Shown here: positions 1 through 10,194 of the stretch, piece after piece
How the letters are laid out: each line of letters starts with the position of its first letter
Numbering within the stretch: the first letter of the stretch is position 1
Origin: an uncultured Gemmatimonadales bacterium
GTDB taxonomy: Bacteria > Gemmatimonadota > Gemmatimonadetes > Longimicrobiales > RSA9
Direction of reading: 5' to 3'
DNA: 64,000 nucleotides
Assembly: GCA_963798085.1 (NCBI GenBank)
Contig: CAWCRS010000007.1
Location: 1,728,001-1,792,000, forward strand
Notes under the pieces: generated by a model
The model's database searches: none
The model's input: the letters and a program-made list of their open reading frames with translations, nothing else
Told to the model about the DNA's origin: nothing
Made by a program: the position numbers and the translations under genes

Positions 1-767
<767 letters not shown>

Positions 768-802
768 CGCGCGCGCGGCGCGCAGAGACGGGTCGTTGTC
801 GC

Positions 803-1849
803 TCATCCGCCCACCTGTGAAAGGGCCAGCAGCCCGCCCGAACCCTGCGCACTGCCCTGCACCAGCGAATGCCGTTCAGGCTTGATGCGCAGTGTTTCCT
901 CGATCAGCGGGCGCAGCGGTTCGCGGCGCCGCAGCGGACCGCGCAGATCCGTTTCAATGGAGCCGAACAGGCACGGCCGGAGCTTGCCATTGGCCGTGAG
1001 GCGCATGCGATTGCAGCGGTCGCAGTAGTTGTGGCTCATGGGCGTGATCACGCCCACTGTGCCTCTGGCTTCCGGGAAACGGAAATACGTGGCGGGTCCA
1101 TTGCCCGGCGGACCGGGAACCGGCTCGAGCTGACCGATGCGCTGCACAGTCTCGAGCATCTCGAGCGCGGAAACGAATTCCTCCGCCGAAACATCCAGAT
1201 TCTCGCCCACCGGCATTACTTCAATGAAGCGCACGTGCCACGGGCGGTCCAGCGTAATGCGCGCGAACGCTTCCAGCTCGTCATCATTTCGTCCGCGCAT
1301 GACCACGGTGTTGATCTTGATCGGCTCGAATCCCACGCGTTCGGCGGCATCCAGCCCTTCGAGGATGGCAGTGTGTGCACCCGGGCGGCGTGCGATGGCA
1401 TCAATGCGATCGGGACGCAGCGAGTCCAGCGAGATGTTCACGCGGCGCACACCGGCATCGCGCAGCTCCTGTGCAATGGGCGCGAGCAGCACGGCATTCG
1501 TGGACAGCGCGATGTCATCAATGCCGGGAATCTCGTTCAGCTCGCGGATCAGCGTGATCACATCGCGCCGCACCAGCGGTTCACCACCCGTGACGCGTAC
1601 GCGACGCAGCCCCATTTCCGCCATCGCGCGCACGATCGTCGCGATCTCTTCGTAGTTCAGGATCTCCGAGCGCTTGAGCCACGGCAAACCATCTTCGGGC
1701 ATGCAGTAGACGCAGCGCAGGTTGCACTTGTCGGTGACGGAAATGCGCAGGTACTCGATGCGCCGGCCAAAGGTGTCGCGCATGCCGGCGTCGTCGTGCA
1801 CGGTCAGCGAGCGGCGTGCGCTGCTGGCGCGGGTGAGCAGTTCACTCAC
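803..1849 (-). CDS. moaA: GTP 3',8-cyclase (radical SAM)
   Basis: YLRISVTDKCNLRCVYC, TGGEPL, CDRCNRMRLTANG..CL, C-terminal GG. Confidence 0.96.
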   Translation of the reverse strand: MSELLTRASSARRSLTVHDDAGMRDTFGRRIEYLRISVTDKCNLRCVYCMPEDGLPWLKRSEILNYEEIATIVRAMAEMGLRRVRVTGGEPLVRRDVITLIRELNEIPGIDDIALSTNAVLLAPIAQELRDAGVRRVNISLDSLRPDRIDAIARRPGAHTAILEGLDAAERVGFEPIKINTVVMRGRNDDELEAFARITLDRPWHVRFIEVMPVGENLDVSAEEFVSALEMLETVQRIGQLEPVPGPPGNGPATYFRFPEARGTVGVITPMSHNYCDRCNRMRLTANGKLRPCLFGSIETDLRGPLRRREPLRPLIEETLRIKPERHSLVQGSAQGSGGLLALSQVGG

Positions 1850-2285
1850 GGCTCACCTCCGGCGTCTCCGGAAGCCTGCCTTCGAGCCAGCGCGAACCAT
1901 CCACGTAGTGCTCCTGTTTCCAGACGGGCAGCCGCTGCTTGATCTCCTCGATCACGTAACGGCCCGCATCGAAGGCTTCCGCGCGGTGTGGTGATGAAAC
2001 CGCGATCAGCACACTGCACTCGCCGACGTTCAACTCGCCGGTACGGTGCACCGCCGCAATGCGGGAAACCTCCCACCTGGCCGCCGCCTCCTGCGCGATC
2101 TCGCGCAGCACGCGCTCCGCCATTTCGCGGTAGGCGTCGTAGCGCATGCCGGTCACCGCGCGACCATCGTTCTGGTTGCGTACCGTACCCGCGAACAGCA
2201 AAACCGCGCCGTCGTCGGGAGTGCCCACGCGTTCGAGCATCGCGGCGCTGTCGAGCGGCTCGGAGGTGATCCAGGTGTCGAGCAT
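1842..2285 (-). CDS. moaE: molybdopterin synthase catalytic subunit
   Basis: FAGTVRN, HRTGEL, SSPHRAEAF, PVWKQEHY. Confidence 0.95.
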   Translation of the reverse strand: MLDTWITSEPLDSAAMLERVGTPDDGAVLLFAGTVRNQNDGRAVTGMRYDAYREMAERVLREIAQEAAARWEVSRIAAVHRTGELNVGECSVLIAVSSPHRAEAFDAGRYVIEEIKQRLPVWKQEHYVDGSRWLEGRLPETPEVSRE

Positions 2286-2530
2286 CAGCCGCCAGCCACG
2301 GGCGGGAGGAGGGCCATCTCGTCGCCGTCACCGAGTGCGGTGTCGAGCGCGGCGTATTCCTGGTTCACCGCGACCACAGGCTCGGCCGGTATGCGTGCGA
2401 GTCCGCCGCCCATCGAGCGCAGCTGTGCCACCGCACTGCGCGCCGTAGCGGACGGCGGCAGATCCAGATCGATCTCGCCGGCGCCGGCCAGATCCCGGTA
2501 CAACGCGAAGAACATGACCTTGACGAACAC
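2285..2530 (-). CDS. moaD: molybdopterin synthase sulfur carrier
   Basis: VAVNQEY, LLPPVAGG C-terminus; adjacent to moaE. Confidence 0.93.
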   Translation of the reverse strand: MFVKVMFFALYRDLAGAGEIDLDLPPSATARSAVAQLRSMGGGLARIPAEPVVAVNQEYAALDTALGDGDEMALLPPVAGG

Positions 2531-2621
2531 GACCGGAAGCTAGCCGCAGGGTTGGCGGCGGATCAAGCGCGGGGCCGGCAGGCCGGCTGTCAGGCGTAAT
2601 GGTGGACCGGCCGCCAGGGGG

Positions 2622-3158
2622 TCAGCGTGTCGTGTCCGGGAGGCTGTCCAACGCGCCGGCGCGCGTGGCCATCTGCCGGATGCGTTCCTGGAAGCGGGTC
2701 CAGCGCAGCATGAACTGGGCGCGCTGCTGCGGCGTGAGCGTCGTCGCCAGTGCATCCTGATCCCGCCGCCACTGCTCCTGCTCACGCTGCCGCAGCGCCT
2801 CCACCTCACTCGTGATCGCGTGCAGGTCGGCATCGGATGTCCTGGGGTCGCGGCTCGCTTGTGCCAGCCTTCGCCGCACCTCCATGCTGCGCTGCACGAG
2901 GTCGCGCCGGCGGTCATTGCTGTCGTTCAGGATCTTCTCCAGCCGGTTCTGCGTGTCCGAAGACAGCTTCATTTCCCGGCCGCTTTGCTGCACGAAGCGG
3001 CGCAGAATCTGCCGCTCGAGCTGGGTCCGACGGTTCATCTGCGCCGGGCCCATGCGCGGCGGCGGTCGCAGCGCACGACCTCGCCCCTGCGCGCCGGCGC
3101 CTGCAGGCAGCCACGCGAGCAGCAGCATGGTGGTCAGGGTGTAAAGCCACTTCCTCAC
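2622..3158 (-). CDS. periplasmic Spy/CpxP-like helical protein
   Basis: GTG at 3158 overlaps the anti-sigma stop (GTGA); signal peptide ending AGA-Q; LTPQQRAQF motif. Confidence 0.7.
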   Translation of the reverse strand: MRKWLYTLTTMLLLAWLPAGAGAQGRGRALRPPPRMGPAQMNRRTQLERQILRRFVQQSGREMKLSSDTQNRLEKILNDSNDRRRDLVQRSMEVRRRLAQASRDPRTSDADLHAITSEVEALRQREQEQWRRDQDALATTLTPQQRAQFMLRWTRFQERIRQMATRAGALDSLPDTTR

Positions 3159-3622
3159 GATCCCATCTCCTGCAGCAGGCTGGCCAGCTGATCTTCCGAC
3201 AAAGCCTGCAATCCGATGTCGCCATGCAGCAGCGGGTCTCCCGCATCGGGCCAGCCGAAATCCAGCGAAGCGATATCGTCCACTTCGGCGGCGGTGGGCT
3301 CGCGGTCGCTCCGGAACTGCTGCCAGAGCAGCGAACCCGACAGGGCCGCGAATGCGAGTGTGGCTGCTAATGCGTAGTTGCGCAGCGGGCCGCGGGCGCG
3401 CGGCGCAGGCGCCCGATTCTGCAACGCCGACAGCACGCGCGCCTCCAGACCCGCCGGCACGGGCACGGGCGCGGTCAGTACGCGAATCAGCTCGGCTTCC
3501 GATCGACACTGGGCGCACGTGACGAGGTGCGCGCGCACGGATCCCGCAGCCACGGCGTTCAGCTCGCCGCGCTGATACTCGGGCAGTCGATCCTGCACCC
3601 AGGCGCACGCTTGCTCGGTCAT
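3155..3622 (-). CDS. zinc-finger (zf-HC2) transmembrane anti-sigma factor
   Basis: HLVTCAQC (HxxxCxxC), one TM helix, directly downstream of an ECF sigma. Confidence 0.85.
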   Translation of the reverse strand: MTEQACAWVQDRLPEYQRGELNAVAAGSVRAHLVTCAQCRSEAELIRVLTAPVPVPAGLEARVLSALQNRAPAPRARGPLRNYALAATLAFAALSGSLLWQQFRSDREPTAAEVDDIASLDFGWPDAGDPLLHGDIGLQALSEDQLASLLQEMGS

Positions 3623-4182
3623 GACATCATCTCCCGCAGGCGCTTGATGCCCAGGTGGTAGTTCACCCGTGCAGCGCCTTCAGAGCAGTCGAGTATCTGC
3701 CCCACTTCCGCGTAACTCAGTCCCTGGTTCACTCTCAGTTCCACAGCCATTCTCTGCTTGGGCGGCAGCCGCGCCAGCAGCTCTGTTGCCCGTGCTGCTT
3801 CGGTGCCGACCTCTGCCGTATGCGCCGGATCGTCATCACCCGCCAGCTCCTGCGCCGCATCCAGCGTGGATTCCCGCTTCCGCCAGCGGCGCCGGCCCAG
3901 CGATTTCGCCGAGTTCGCCGCGATGCGCAGGAGCCAGGTGCGGAAGCTCGACTCGCCACGAAACCTCGCCAGACCATGGAGTGCGTTCACCAGCGCATCC
4001 TGCGTCGCGTCCTGAGCCAGATCCGGCTCACCCAGGATGCGCAGCGCCAGTGCGTACACGGCGCTCAGGTGACGCCGGACCAGCACCTCTTGTGCATCGC
4101 GGTCACCGCCTCGCGCCCTGTCGATCAGCGTGGCTTCGTCCAGCTCCGCCTCGCCCAGCAGGTGCAGGCCCGTCTTGCTCAC
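3619..4182 (-). CDS. ECF sigma-70 factor
   Basis: AQDATQDAL, SFRTWLLRIAAN, GLSYAEVGQILDCSEGAARV. Confidence 0.92.
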   Translation of the reverse strand: MSKTGLHLLGEAELDEATLIDRARGGDRDAQEVLVRRHLSAVYALALRILGEPDLAQDATQDALVNALHGLARFRGESSFRTWLLRIAANSAKSLGRRRWRKRESTLDAAQELAGDDDPAHTAEVGTEAARATELLARLPPKQRMAVELRVNQGLSYAEVGQILDCSEGAARVNYHLGIKRLREMMS

Positions 4183-4189
4183 CAGCTTC

Positions 4190-4218
4190 TAGACGCTCCC
4201 CCGGCCGCATGCGTTAAA
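4190..4218 (-). promoter_or_regulatory. putative autoregulatory ECF promoter, leaderless transcript
   Basis: TTTAAC-N17-CGTCTA ending 7 nt before the GTG start. Confidence 0.5.
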
Positions 4219-4286
4219 CGCAGACTCCGGCTGTCGTTGCTTCACGCTGTTACCCTGTCGTTGCCGGGTGGTGGCGGCCCGATGCA

Positions 4287-4321
4287 GAGGCGCCCCGACC
4301 GGATCCCGGCCGGGGCGCCTC
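4287..4321 (-). terminator. strong hairpin after the HU gene
   Basis: GAGGCGCCCCGGCCGG/CCGGTCGGGGCGCCTC inverted repeat; only a weak U tract. Confidence 0.55.
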
Positions 4322-4342
4322 CAACATGACGGCTGCAGGGTG

Positions 4343-4642
4343 CTAGACCGGAACGTGGATCCCTTCCGAGACCTGAACCCGCAGATCCTTGGATGGCTTG
4401 AAGATCGGCACTGCACGCGCCGGAACTTCAACGGGATCGCCGGTACGCGGATTCCTCGCCATGCGGGAGCGACGCTTGCGCACCTTGAAGGTGCCGAACC
4501 CGCGAATCTCAATGTGCGTGTGGTCCGCCATCGCGTTCTTGATCGCGTTCAGCAGACCATCGACCACCAGCGCACAGTCCTTCTTCGTGATTCCCGGGCC
4601 GATCGCCTCAGCCACCTGCTCGACGAGGTCCGCTTTCGTCAT
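4343..4642 (-). CDS. HU/IHF family DNA-binding protein
   Basis: MTKADLV...IEIRGFGTF...ARNPRTG...FKPSK. Confidence 0.95.
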   Translation of the reverse strand: MTKADLVEQVAEAIGPGITKKDCALVVDGLLNAIKNAMADHTHIEIRGFGTFKVRKRRSRMARNPRTGDPVEVPARAVPIFKPSKDLRVQVSEGIHVPV

Positions 4643-4816
4643 GTTCCCTCCAGCTCGAAGTGTATGCTCTGTGGCTGGCGGTCTCCCCAGGCTGGAGCGC
4701 GGCGACAGCGCTGCCGGGGTTGGCTCGGACCAGGCCAGCTCTTTCGATTCAAGCCGTGAACAAGCTTCGGAACGGTAATTTGGCCGACGGATCAGGACGT
4801 CGGGAAAGCAGCGTCC

Positions 4817-4845
4817 AGCTTATCCTTTGATCGCGCTAAAGTCAA
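4817..4845 (-). promoter_or_regulatory. sigma70-type promoter of HU with ~170-nt 5'UTR
   Basis: TTGACT-N17-TAAGCT. Confidence 0.55.
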
Positions 4846-5961
4846 GTGCCTGTTTGGGTTCGCTGCATCGCCGCCAGGAAACGATCGAACAGATACAGCG
4901 AGTCATGCGGCCCCGGCGCAGCCTCCGGATGATACTGTACGCTGAATACCGGCAGTTCGCGGTGTTCAGCCCCTTCCATTGTCTGGTCATTGAGATTCAC
5001 GTGCGTCACCCGCAGCCCCGGTGCTCCATTTACGGTATCGGCAGGGCCTCGCCGCACCGCAAACCCGTGATTCTGCGCGGTGATCTCCACGGCGCCATCC
5101 TCGAGCCGGCGAACCGGGTGATTCCCTGCGCGGTGGCCATAGAGCAGCTTGAAGGTGTGCCCGCCGAAGGCGCGCCCCATCAGCTGGTGTCCGAGACAAA
5201 TGCCGAACACGGGAATACCGCGACGCGCCAGCTGACGGATGGTCTCCAATGCGTGCTCGACGGCGCCCGGATCACCGGGCCCGTTGGACAGGAAGAAGCC
5301 GTCCGGTTCCTGCTCGAGGATGGCCTCGACTGCGGTGGCGGAAGGCAGTGTGGTCACGCGACAGCCGCGCTCCGCTAACAGCCGGAGAGAATTCCGCTTG
5401 ACGCCGAAGTCGTAAGCCAGCACGTGAAACCGCTCGTCGCCGGTCGGCTTCACATCGTAGGGCTGCGGTGTCGACACGGCACACGTCAGGTCCAGGCCCT
5501 CCATGTGCGGAATGCGCGAGAATGCGTTGCAGCATTTCCCCGGCGGGCACGCTGTCACCAGCGATACCCGCGCGCATTGCTCCCTGCGAGCGCAGATGTA
5601 TGGTCAGCGCGCGTGTGTCGACCTCCGAGAGGCCGACAATGCCGTTGCGTTCCAGGTACTGCTGCAGCGATGACTGTGCGCGCCAGTTGCTGTGACGACC
5701 GGCGAGTTCGCGCACAATGAAGCCGGCCACCTGCACGCGCGCCGACTCTGCGTCCGCGCTGGCTACACCGTAGTTACCGATCAGCGGGTACGTCATTACC
5801 ACGATCTGCCCCGCGTAGGACGGATCTGTGAGCACTTCCTGGTACCCGGTCATCGACGTGTTGAAAACGACCTCTCCCAGGGTGTCGCCGGCGGCGCCGA
5901 TCAGTTCGCCGTCAAAGCGCCTGCCATCTTCCAGGAGAAGGTATCCGGACTGGCGTTCCAT
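4842..5961 (-). CDS. carA: carbamoyl-phosphate synthase small subunit (frameshift near 5511, likely sequencing error)
   Basis: N-half [25 protein letters not shown] and C-half [21 protein letters not shown] lie in different frames. Confidence 0.93.
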
Positions 5962-6068
5962 GCGTGGGCGGATTCCCGTCTGAGGGTCGCGCGAAACTAG
6001 GCCGCAGCCTGAAGATGTCAAGTCGCACGCAGTTGCGGCAGTGCCTCTGCCCAACCACGATTCCTTCC

Positions 6069-6821
6069 ATGCAGAAGCTGGTCTACATGTACGCTGACGA
6101 ATCGTGCCTGGGAATCCAGTACACGGATCGCGACTCGCCCGGCGGCGCAGCCGGCCTCATCGAGTACTGGCATGTCGACCATTGGGTGCGACGCGACTAC
6201 TGGGTCAGCGAGCCCGCAACCACGAACAACCGCATGGCGCTGCGCAGCGGCATCGAAGGACTTCGTCGCCTGCGGCGCCGCTGTCGCGTGGTGTTCACAT
6301 CGGACTCCCAGTACCTGATCCGCGGGATGCGCGAGTGGGTACACGACTGGTCGCATCGCGGCTGGCGCCGCAAGTCGGGCGCAGTGGAAAATGCGGAGCT
6401 GTGGAAGGAACTGGTCGCCGAAGCCGCGCGACATCTCATCGACTGGCGCTGGGTGCGCGGGCATGCGGACCACCCGCAGAACGAGTATGCCAACATGCTC
6501 GCAGTGCGGGCCGCGCGCACGCAGGATGCAACGGCAGGACTGGTCGAATCGGGTTTCGCCGAGTGGATCGCGTCACAGCAGAGCGATCATGCGCGCTTCC
6601 GCGACTACGTCGCATCCGCGCCGCCACTCGTGGACGAGTTCCAGCCCGGTCGGCCTGTCGACATTCTGAGTTGCAGAACACCAGGATGTTCGAAGCCCCC
6701 AGGAACGACACCTTCGTTACCTGGGGGCTCCATACCGCTGGCGGGAATGTTTCTCTTGTTCCGGATCTCGCCACGTGCGGCGACTCGTCACACTCCCTTA
6801 CCCTCGTCAAGCGGTCTTTGA
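6069..6821 (+). CDS. rnhA: ribonuclease HI, atypical active site; true end probably near 6669
   Basis: [39 protein letters not shown]; tail after about 6665 looks non-coding. Confidence 0.85.
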   Translation: MQKLVYMYADESCLGIQYTDRDSPGGAAGLIEYWHVDHWVRRDYWVSEPATTNNRMALRSGIEGLRRLRRRCRVVFTSDSQYLIRGMREWVHDWSHRGWRRKSGAVENAELWKELVAEAARHLIDWRWVRGHADHPQNEYANMLAVRAARTQDATAGLVESGFAEWIASQQSDHARFRDYVASAPPLVDEFQPGRPVDILSCRTPGCSKPPGTTPSLPGGSIPLAGMFLLFRISPRAATRHTPLPSSSGL

Positions 6822-6976
6822 CTCAGGCATCCCGTGACTCACAGGATTCGTGTTGCGGCCAGCGACCCCGCAACCGGCTCGCAGAGGCCGAACTCCTCTG
6901 ACGAGCTTCTCACCGGTCGGTTTCCGTTTCCGGCGAGCTTGCATTCGACAGCAGTTGACCGCCACTGCCGAACGCG
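6692..6976 (-). ncRNA. candidate structured non-coding RNA, family unknown
   Basis: Seven hairpins in series, G-U pairs favour the minus strand, upstream TTGCCG-N18-TAGATT promoter, located between convergent genes. Confidence 0.5.
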
Positions 6977-6982
6977 ACGCGC

Positions 6983-7012
6983 AATCTACTCGCGCGCCGC
7001 TGCGTGCGGCAA
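6983..7012 (-). promoter_or_regulatory. sigma70-type promoter of the candidate ncRNA
   Basis: TTGCCG (7012-7007), N18, TAGATT (6988-6983); first stem begins 7 nt downstream. Confidence 0.5.
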
Positions 7013-7034
7013 GTCTTTCGGGATGTATTCGCCG

Positions 7035-7721
7035 CTATGCGGCCAGTGCGCGCTCGAACACGGCCGCGAACTCTTGTGCGACGACAGCAGCGACGGTCGT
7101 GATGTCGGGCGCCACACCGGTGCGGCGCGCGATGGACGTGACACCGCGATCGCTGATCCCGCACGGGACTATGGCGTCGAAGTAGCGCAGATCGGTATCG
7201 ACGTTGAGCGCGAATCCGTGTGAGGTGATCCAGCCGCTCGACACGCGCACGCCAATGGCCGCGATCTTTTCATTGCCCACCCACACGCCCGTGTAGCCGC
7301 TCACGCGCTGCGCGCGGATGTCGAAGTGCGCGAGCGTGCGCATCAGCGTTTCCTCGAGATCCCGAACGTAGCGATGCAGGTCGCGGCGATCGGGCTTCAG
7401 GTCGATGATGGGATAGCCGACGAGTTGACCCGGACCATGATAGGTCACATCACCGCCGCGTCCGGTTTCGAAGCACTCGATGCCGAGCAGCCCGCGCTGC
7501 GCATCGTCGAGCAGCAGATGCTCCGCGCTTGCCGATGTGCCGAGCGTAATGACGTGCGGATGCTCGAGCAGCAGGAGTGTGTCCGGGATCTCACCCTGGC
7601 GCCGCTGCATCACGCACTGCGACTGCAGCGCGAGCGCCTCGGCGTACGCCACGCGCTGCAGCCATTGCCATTGCAGTGTGCGCGTCGTCGCGGCCCTGGA
7701 GGCAGACAGCGCTGCTTGCAT
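7035..7721 (-). CDS. lipB: lipoyl(octanoyl) transferase
   Basis: [48 protein letters not shown]. Confidence 0.95.
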   Translation of the reverse strand: MQAALSASRAATTRTLQWQWLQRVAYAEALALQSQCVMQRRQGEIPDTLLLLEHPHVITLGTSASAEHLLLDDAQRGLLGIECFETGRGGDVTYHGPGQLVGYPIIDLKPDRRDLHRYVRDLEETLMRTLAHFDIRAQRVSGYTGVWVGNEKIAAIGVRVSSGWITSHGFALNVDTDLRYFDAIVPCGISDRGVTSIARRTGVAPDITTVAAVVAQEFAAVFERALAA

Positions 7722-7728
7722 CAGCGAC

Positions 7729-9116
7729 TCAGCCGGCCTGCTCGGGGAAGCTCTCGAGCGACGCCTTGAGCCGGGCGAGGAAGCGCGCGGCGTCCGCGCC
7801 ATCGACGATGCGGTGGTCGTAGCCCAGCGAGAAGAACGCGCGTTTGCGTACAGCAATCGCATCTGCGCCGCCTGACATCGATGACCACGGCACGCTTCTC
7901 GATGGCGCCCGTGCCCAGGATGGCCGCGGTGCCTTCGGGAATGATGGGCATGCCCACGAGCGTTCCGAGGACGCCGGGATTGGTGATCGAGAACGTTGCC
8001 CCCTGAATCTCGTCCGGCTTGAGCTTGCGATCGCGCGCGCGTTGTGCCAGGTCTGCGATGCGCCGCGCCAGCCCCACGAGGTTCAGCTCGTCGCTGTTGC
8101 GTATGACGGGCACGATGAGTCCCGGATTGAGATCCACGGCAATGCCAATGTTGACGTCGCCCCGGTAAATGATGCTCGCGCCCGACACGGTGGAGTTGAC
8201 CATGGGGAACTCGCGCAGCAGCCTCGCCACGGCCCATGCGACGAAGGCTGTATAACTGACCTTTACACCCTGCTGCTCCCACGCGGCCCGCGCTGCTGCG
8301 CGCACGTGGTCGATGCTCGTGAAATCGACCTCCACGAACGAGTGCACGTGCGGTGCAATGCGTTTGGCGCGCACCATGTGATCCGCCGTCAGCCGGCGGA
8401 TGCGATCCATGGGCTGCACCTTGTCGCCTGCGCGTACCGGGAATTCCGGGTGTTGCACCGGTCCGAAGAACGTGCTCCAGAAATCGTCGGCGGCCACCGG
8501 TACGCCTGTGCGGGGAGCTGCCGGCGCCGTGGTCGGGGCTGGCGCCTGCTCGCGCTGCTCCAGGAAGGACATGATGTCGTTGCGTGTCACGCGTCCTGCA
8601 TGACCGCTGCCCTCGACATCGCGAAATGTCGACGCCGTGCTCGGCGGCAATGCGGCGCACCAGTGGCGTCGAGCGGCGCCGCAGTCGATCCTCTGCGCTT
8701 TCGCCGCGTCCGCCGTTGTCCGTGGCGGCGACGCGAGCGGCTGCGGGCTGCGCTGCGGGTGCAGGCGGAACGGGTGTGCGCGCCGGCGTTTCCGTTGCGG
8801 GCGATGCGGGCTTCGCCTCCGCGGCGTGGGCCGGCGGTGCAGGCGCCGCCGTGCCGGCTGGCTTCGCGGCACTCTTTTCGGTTTCGATGAAGGCGACGAC
8901 GGTACCTACTTCCACCGTCTTGCCTTCCGGCACCACGATTTCCGCCAGCGTTCCTGCGGCGGGCGATGGGATTTCCGCGTCGACCTTGTCGGTGGAGATC
9001 TCGAGCAGCGGCTCATCGCGCGCGACGTCGTCGCCCACTTTCTTGAGCCATTTCGAGACCGTTCCCTCGGCGATGGATTCCCCCATCTGGGGCATCGGGA
9101 CTTCGATTCGCGCCAT
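7729..9116 (-). CDS. 2-oxoacid dehydrogenase E2 dihydrolipoamide acyltransferase (frameshifts near 8620 and 7865)
   Basis: Lipoyl domain [14 protein letters not shown]3-binding [29 protein letters not shown], and [15 protein letters not shown] in a third frame. Confidence 0.9.
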
Positions 9117-9143
9117 GACTCCGCTCCGCCCGTGTCGTTGTCG

Positions 9144-10189
9144 CTAGTACTTCACAAGGTAACGCGCTGCTTTCACGATATCATCCACCTGCGGCAGGTA
9201 GTAGTCCTCCAGCGGTGGCGAGTACGGTACCGGCGTGTCGATCGCCGTAACGCGCAGCATGGGTGCATCGAGAAACTCGAACGCTTTCTCGCTCACGCGC
9301 ATTGCGATTTCGCCGGCAATCCCGCCAGTGCGCGTGTCCTCGTGCACGACGAGCAGCCGGCTGGTGCGTCTCACGCTCTCGAGAATCGCGTCCTCATCGA
9401 GCGGCGCGAGCGTACGCAGATCGAGGATCTCGATCTCGACGCCGTCCGCGGCCAGTTGTTCCGCGGCGCGCTGGCTCTCGTGCACCATCATGCCATAGGT
9501 GACGATCGTCAGGTCGCGGCCGGCGCGGTGCACTCTCGCCTTGCCCAGTGGCTCGACGCTCGCGTCCGGCGGCAGCACTTCGCGCAGGAACGGCGCGCGA
9601 TAGAGCTTCTTGTGCTCGAAGAACAGCACGGGGTCGTCGTCGCGGATGGCAGCCTTGAGCAGCGCCTTCGCATCATGCGCGGTCGCCGGATAGACGATCT
9701 TCAGACCCGGCGTGTGGAAGAACGCCATTTCCGGATTCTGCGAGTGGAACGGGCCGCCGCGCACACCGCCGCCCACCGGTCCGCGCACTACCATGGGAAG
9801 CGGGCCACTGCCCCGCCAGCGCGAGGTGGCAATGTAGTTGGTCAGCGGCTCGTAGGCGCACGACACGAAATCCATGAACTGCATTTCCACCACCGGCCGC
9901 ATGCCCATGTGCGCGGCGCCGGCGGCGGCGCCGGTGAAGCCGGCCTCGCTGATGGGCGTGTCGATGATGCGCCCATCGCCAAAGAAATCGAGAAAGCCTT
10001 CGGTGACCTTGAATGCGCCGCCGTACACGCCAATGTCTTCACCCAGCAGGATGACAGCGTCGTCGCGCTCCATTTCTTCCCAGAGTGCTTCGCGGATGGC
10101 CTCGAGCATGGTGACGGGCTTGCCCTGCTGCGGTGCTGCACGTGCTCGGGCTTCTCCCGCGTGCGCTCCGCTTTCGTCATTGTGGCCAT
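9144..10189 (-). CDS. 2-oxoacid dehydrogenase E1 beta subunit (probable frameshift near 10130)
   Basis: GEDIGVYGGAFKVT, DTPISEAG, EMQFMDF, GPFHSQNPE, DLRTLAPLD. Confidence 0.92.
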
Positions 10190-10194
10190 CGATT

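Noticed and set aside
2531..2621. Moco riboswitch upstream of moaD
   Set aside because: The promoter sits directly before the start codon, leaving no leader, and no Moco motif was recognised
6717..6791. 24-codon minus-strand ORF (MTSRRTWRD...) inside the ncRNA candidate
   Set aside because: The SD-like AAGGGAG is only 1 nt from the GTG and the ORF runs into the closing hairpin
6069..7012. Retron-like interpretation of RNase H plus structured RNA
   Set aside because: No reverse transcriptase in the window and no clear a1/a2 inverted repeats bracketing an msr-msd
7035..9116. Apparent 693-aa lipoyl-domain/LipB fusion
   Set aside because: Artefact of E2 frameshifts; the middle is out-of-frame sequence and lipB has its own ATG at 7721
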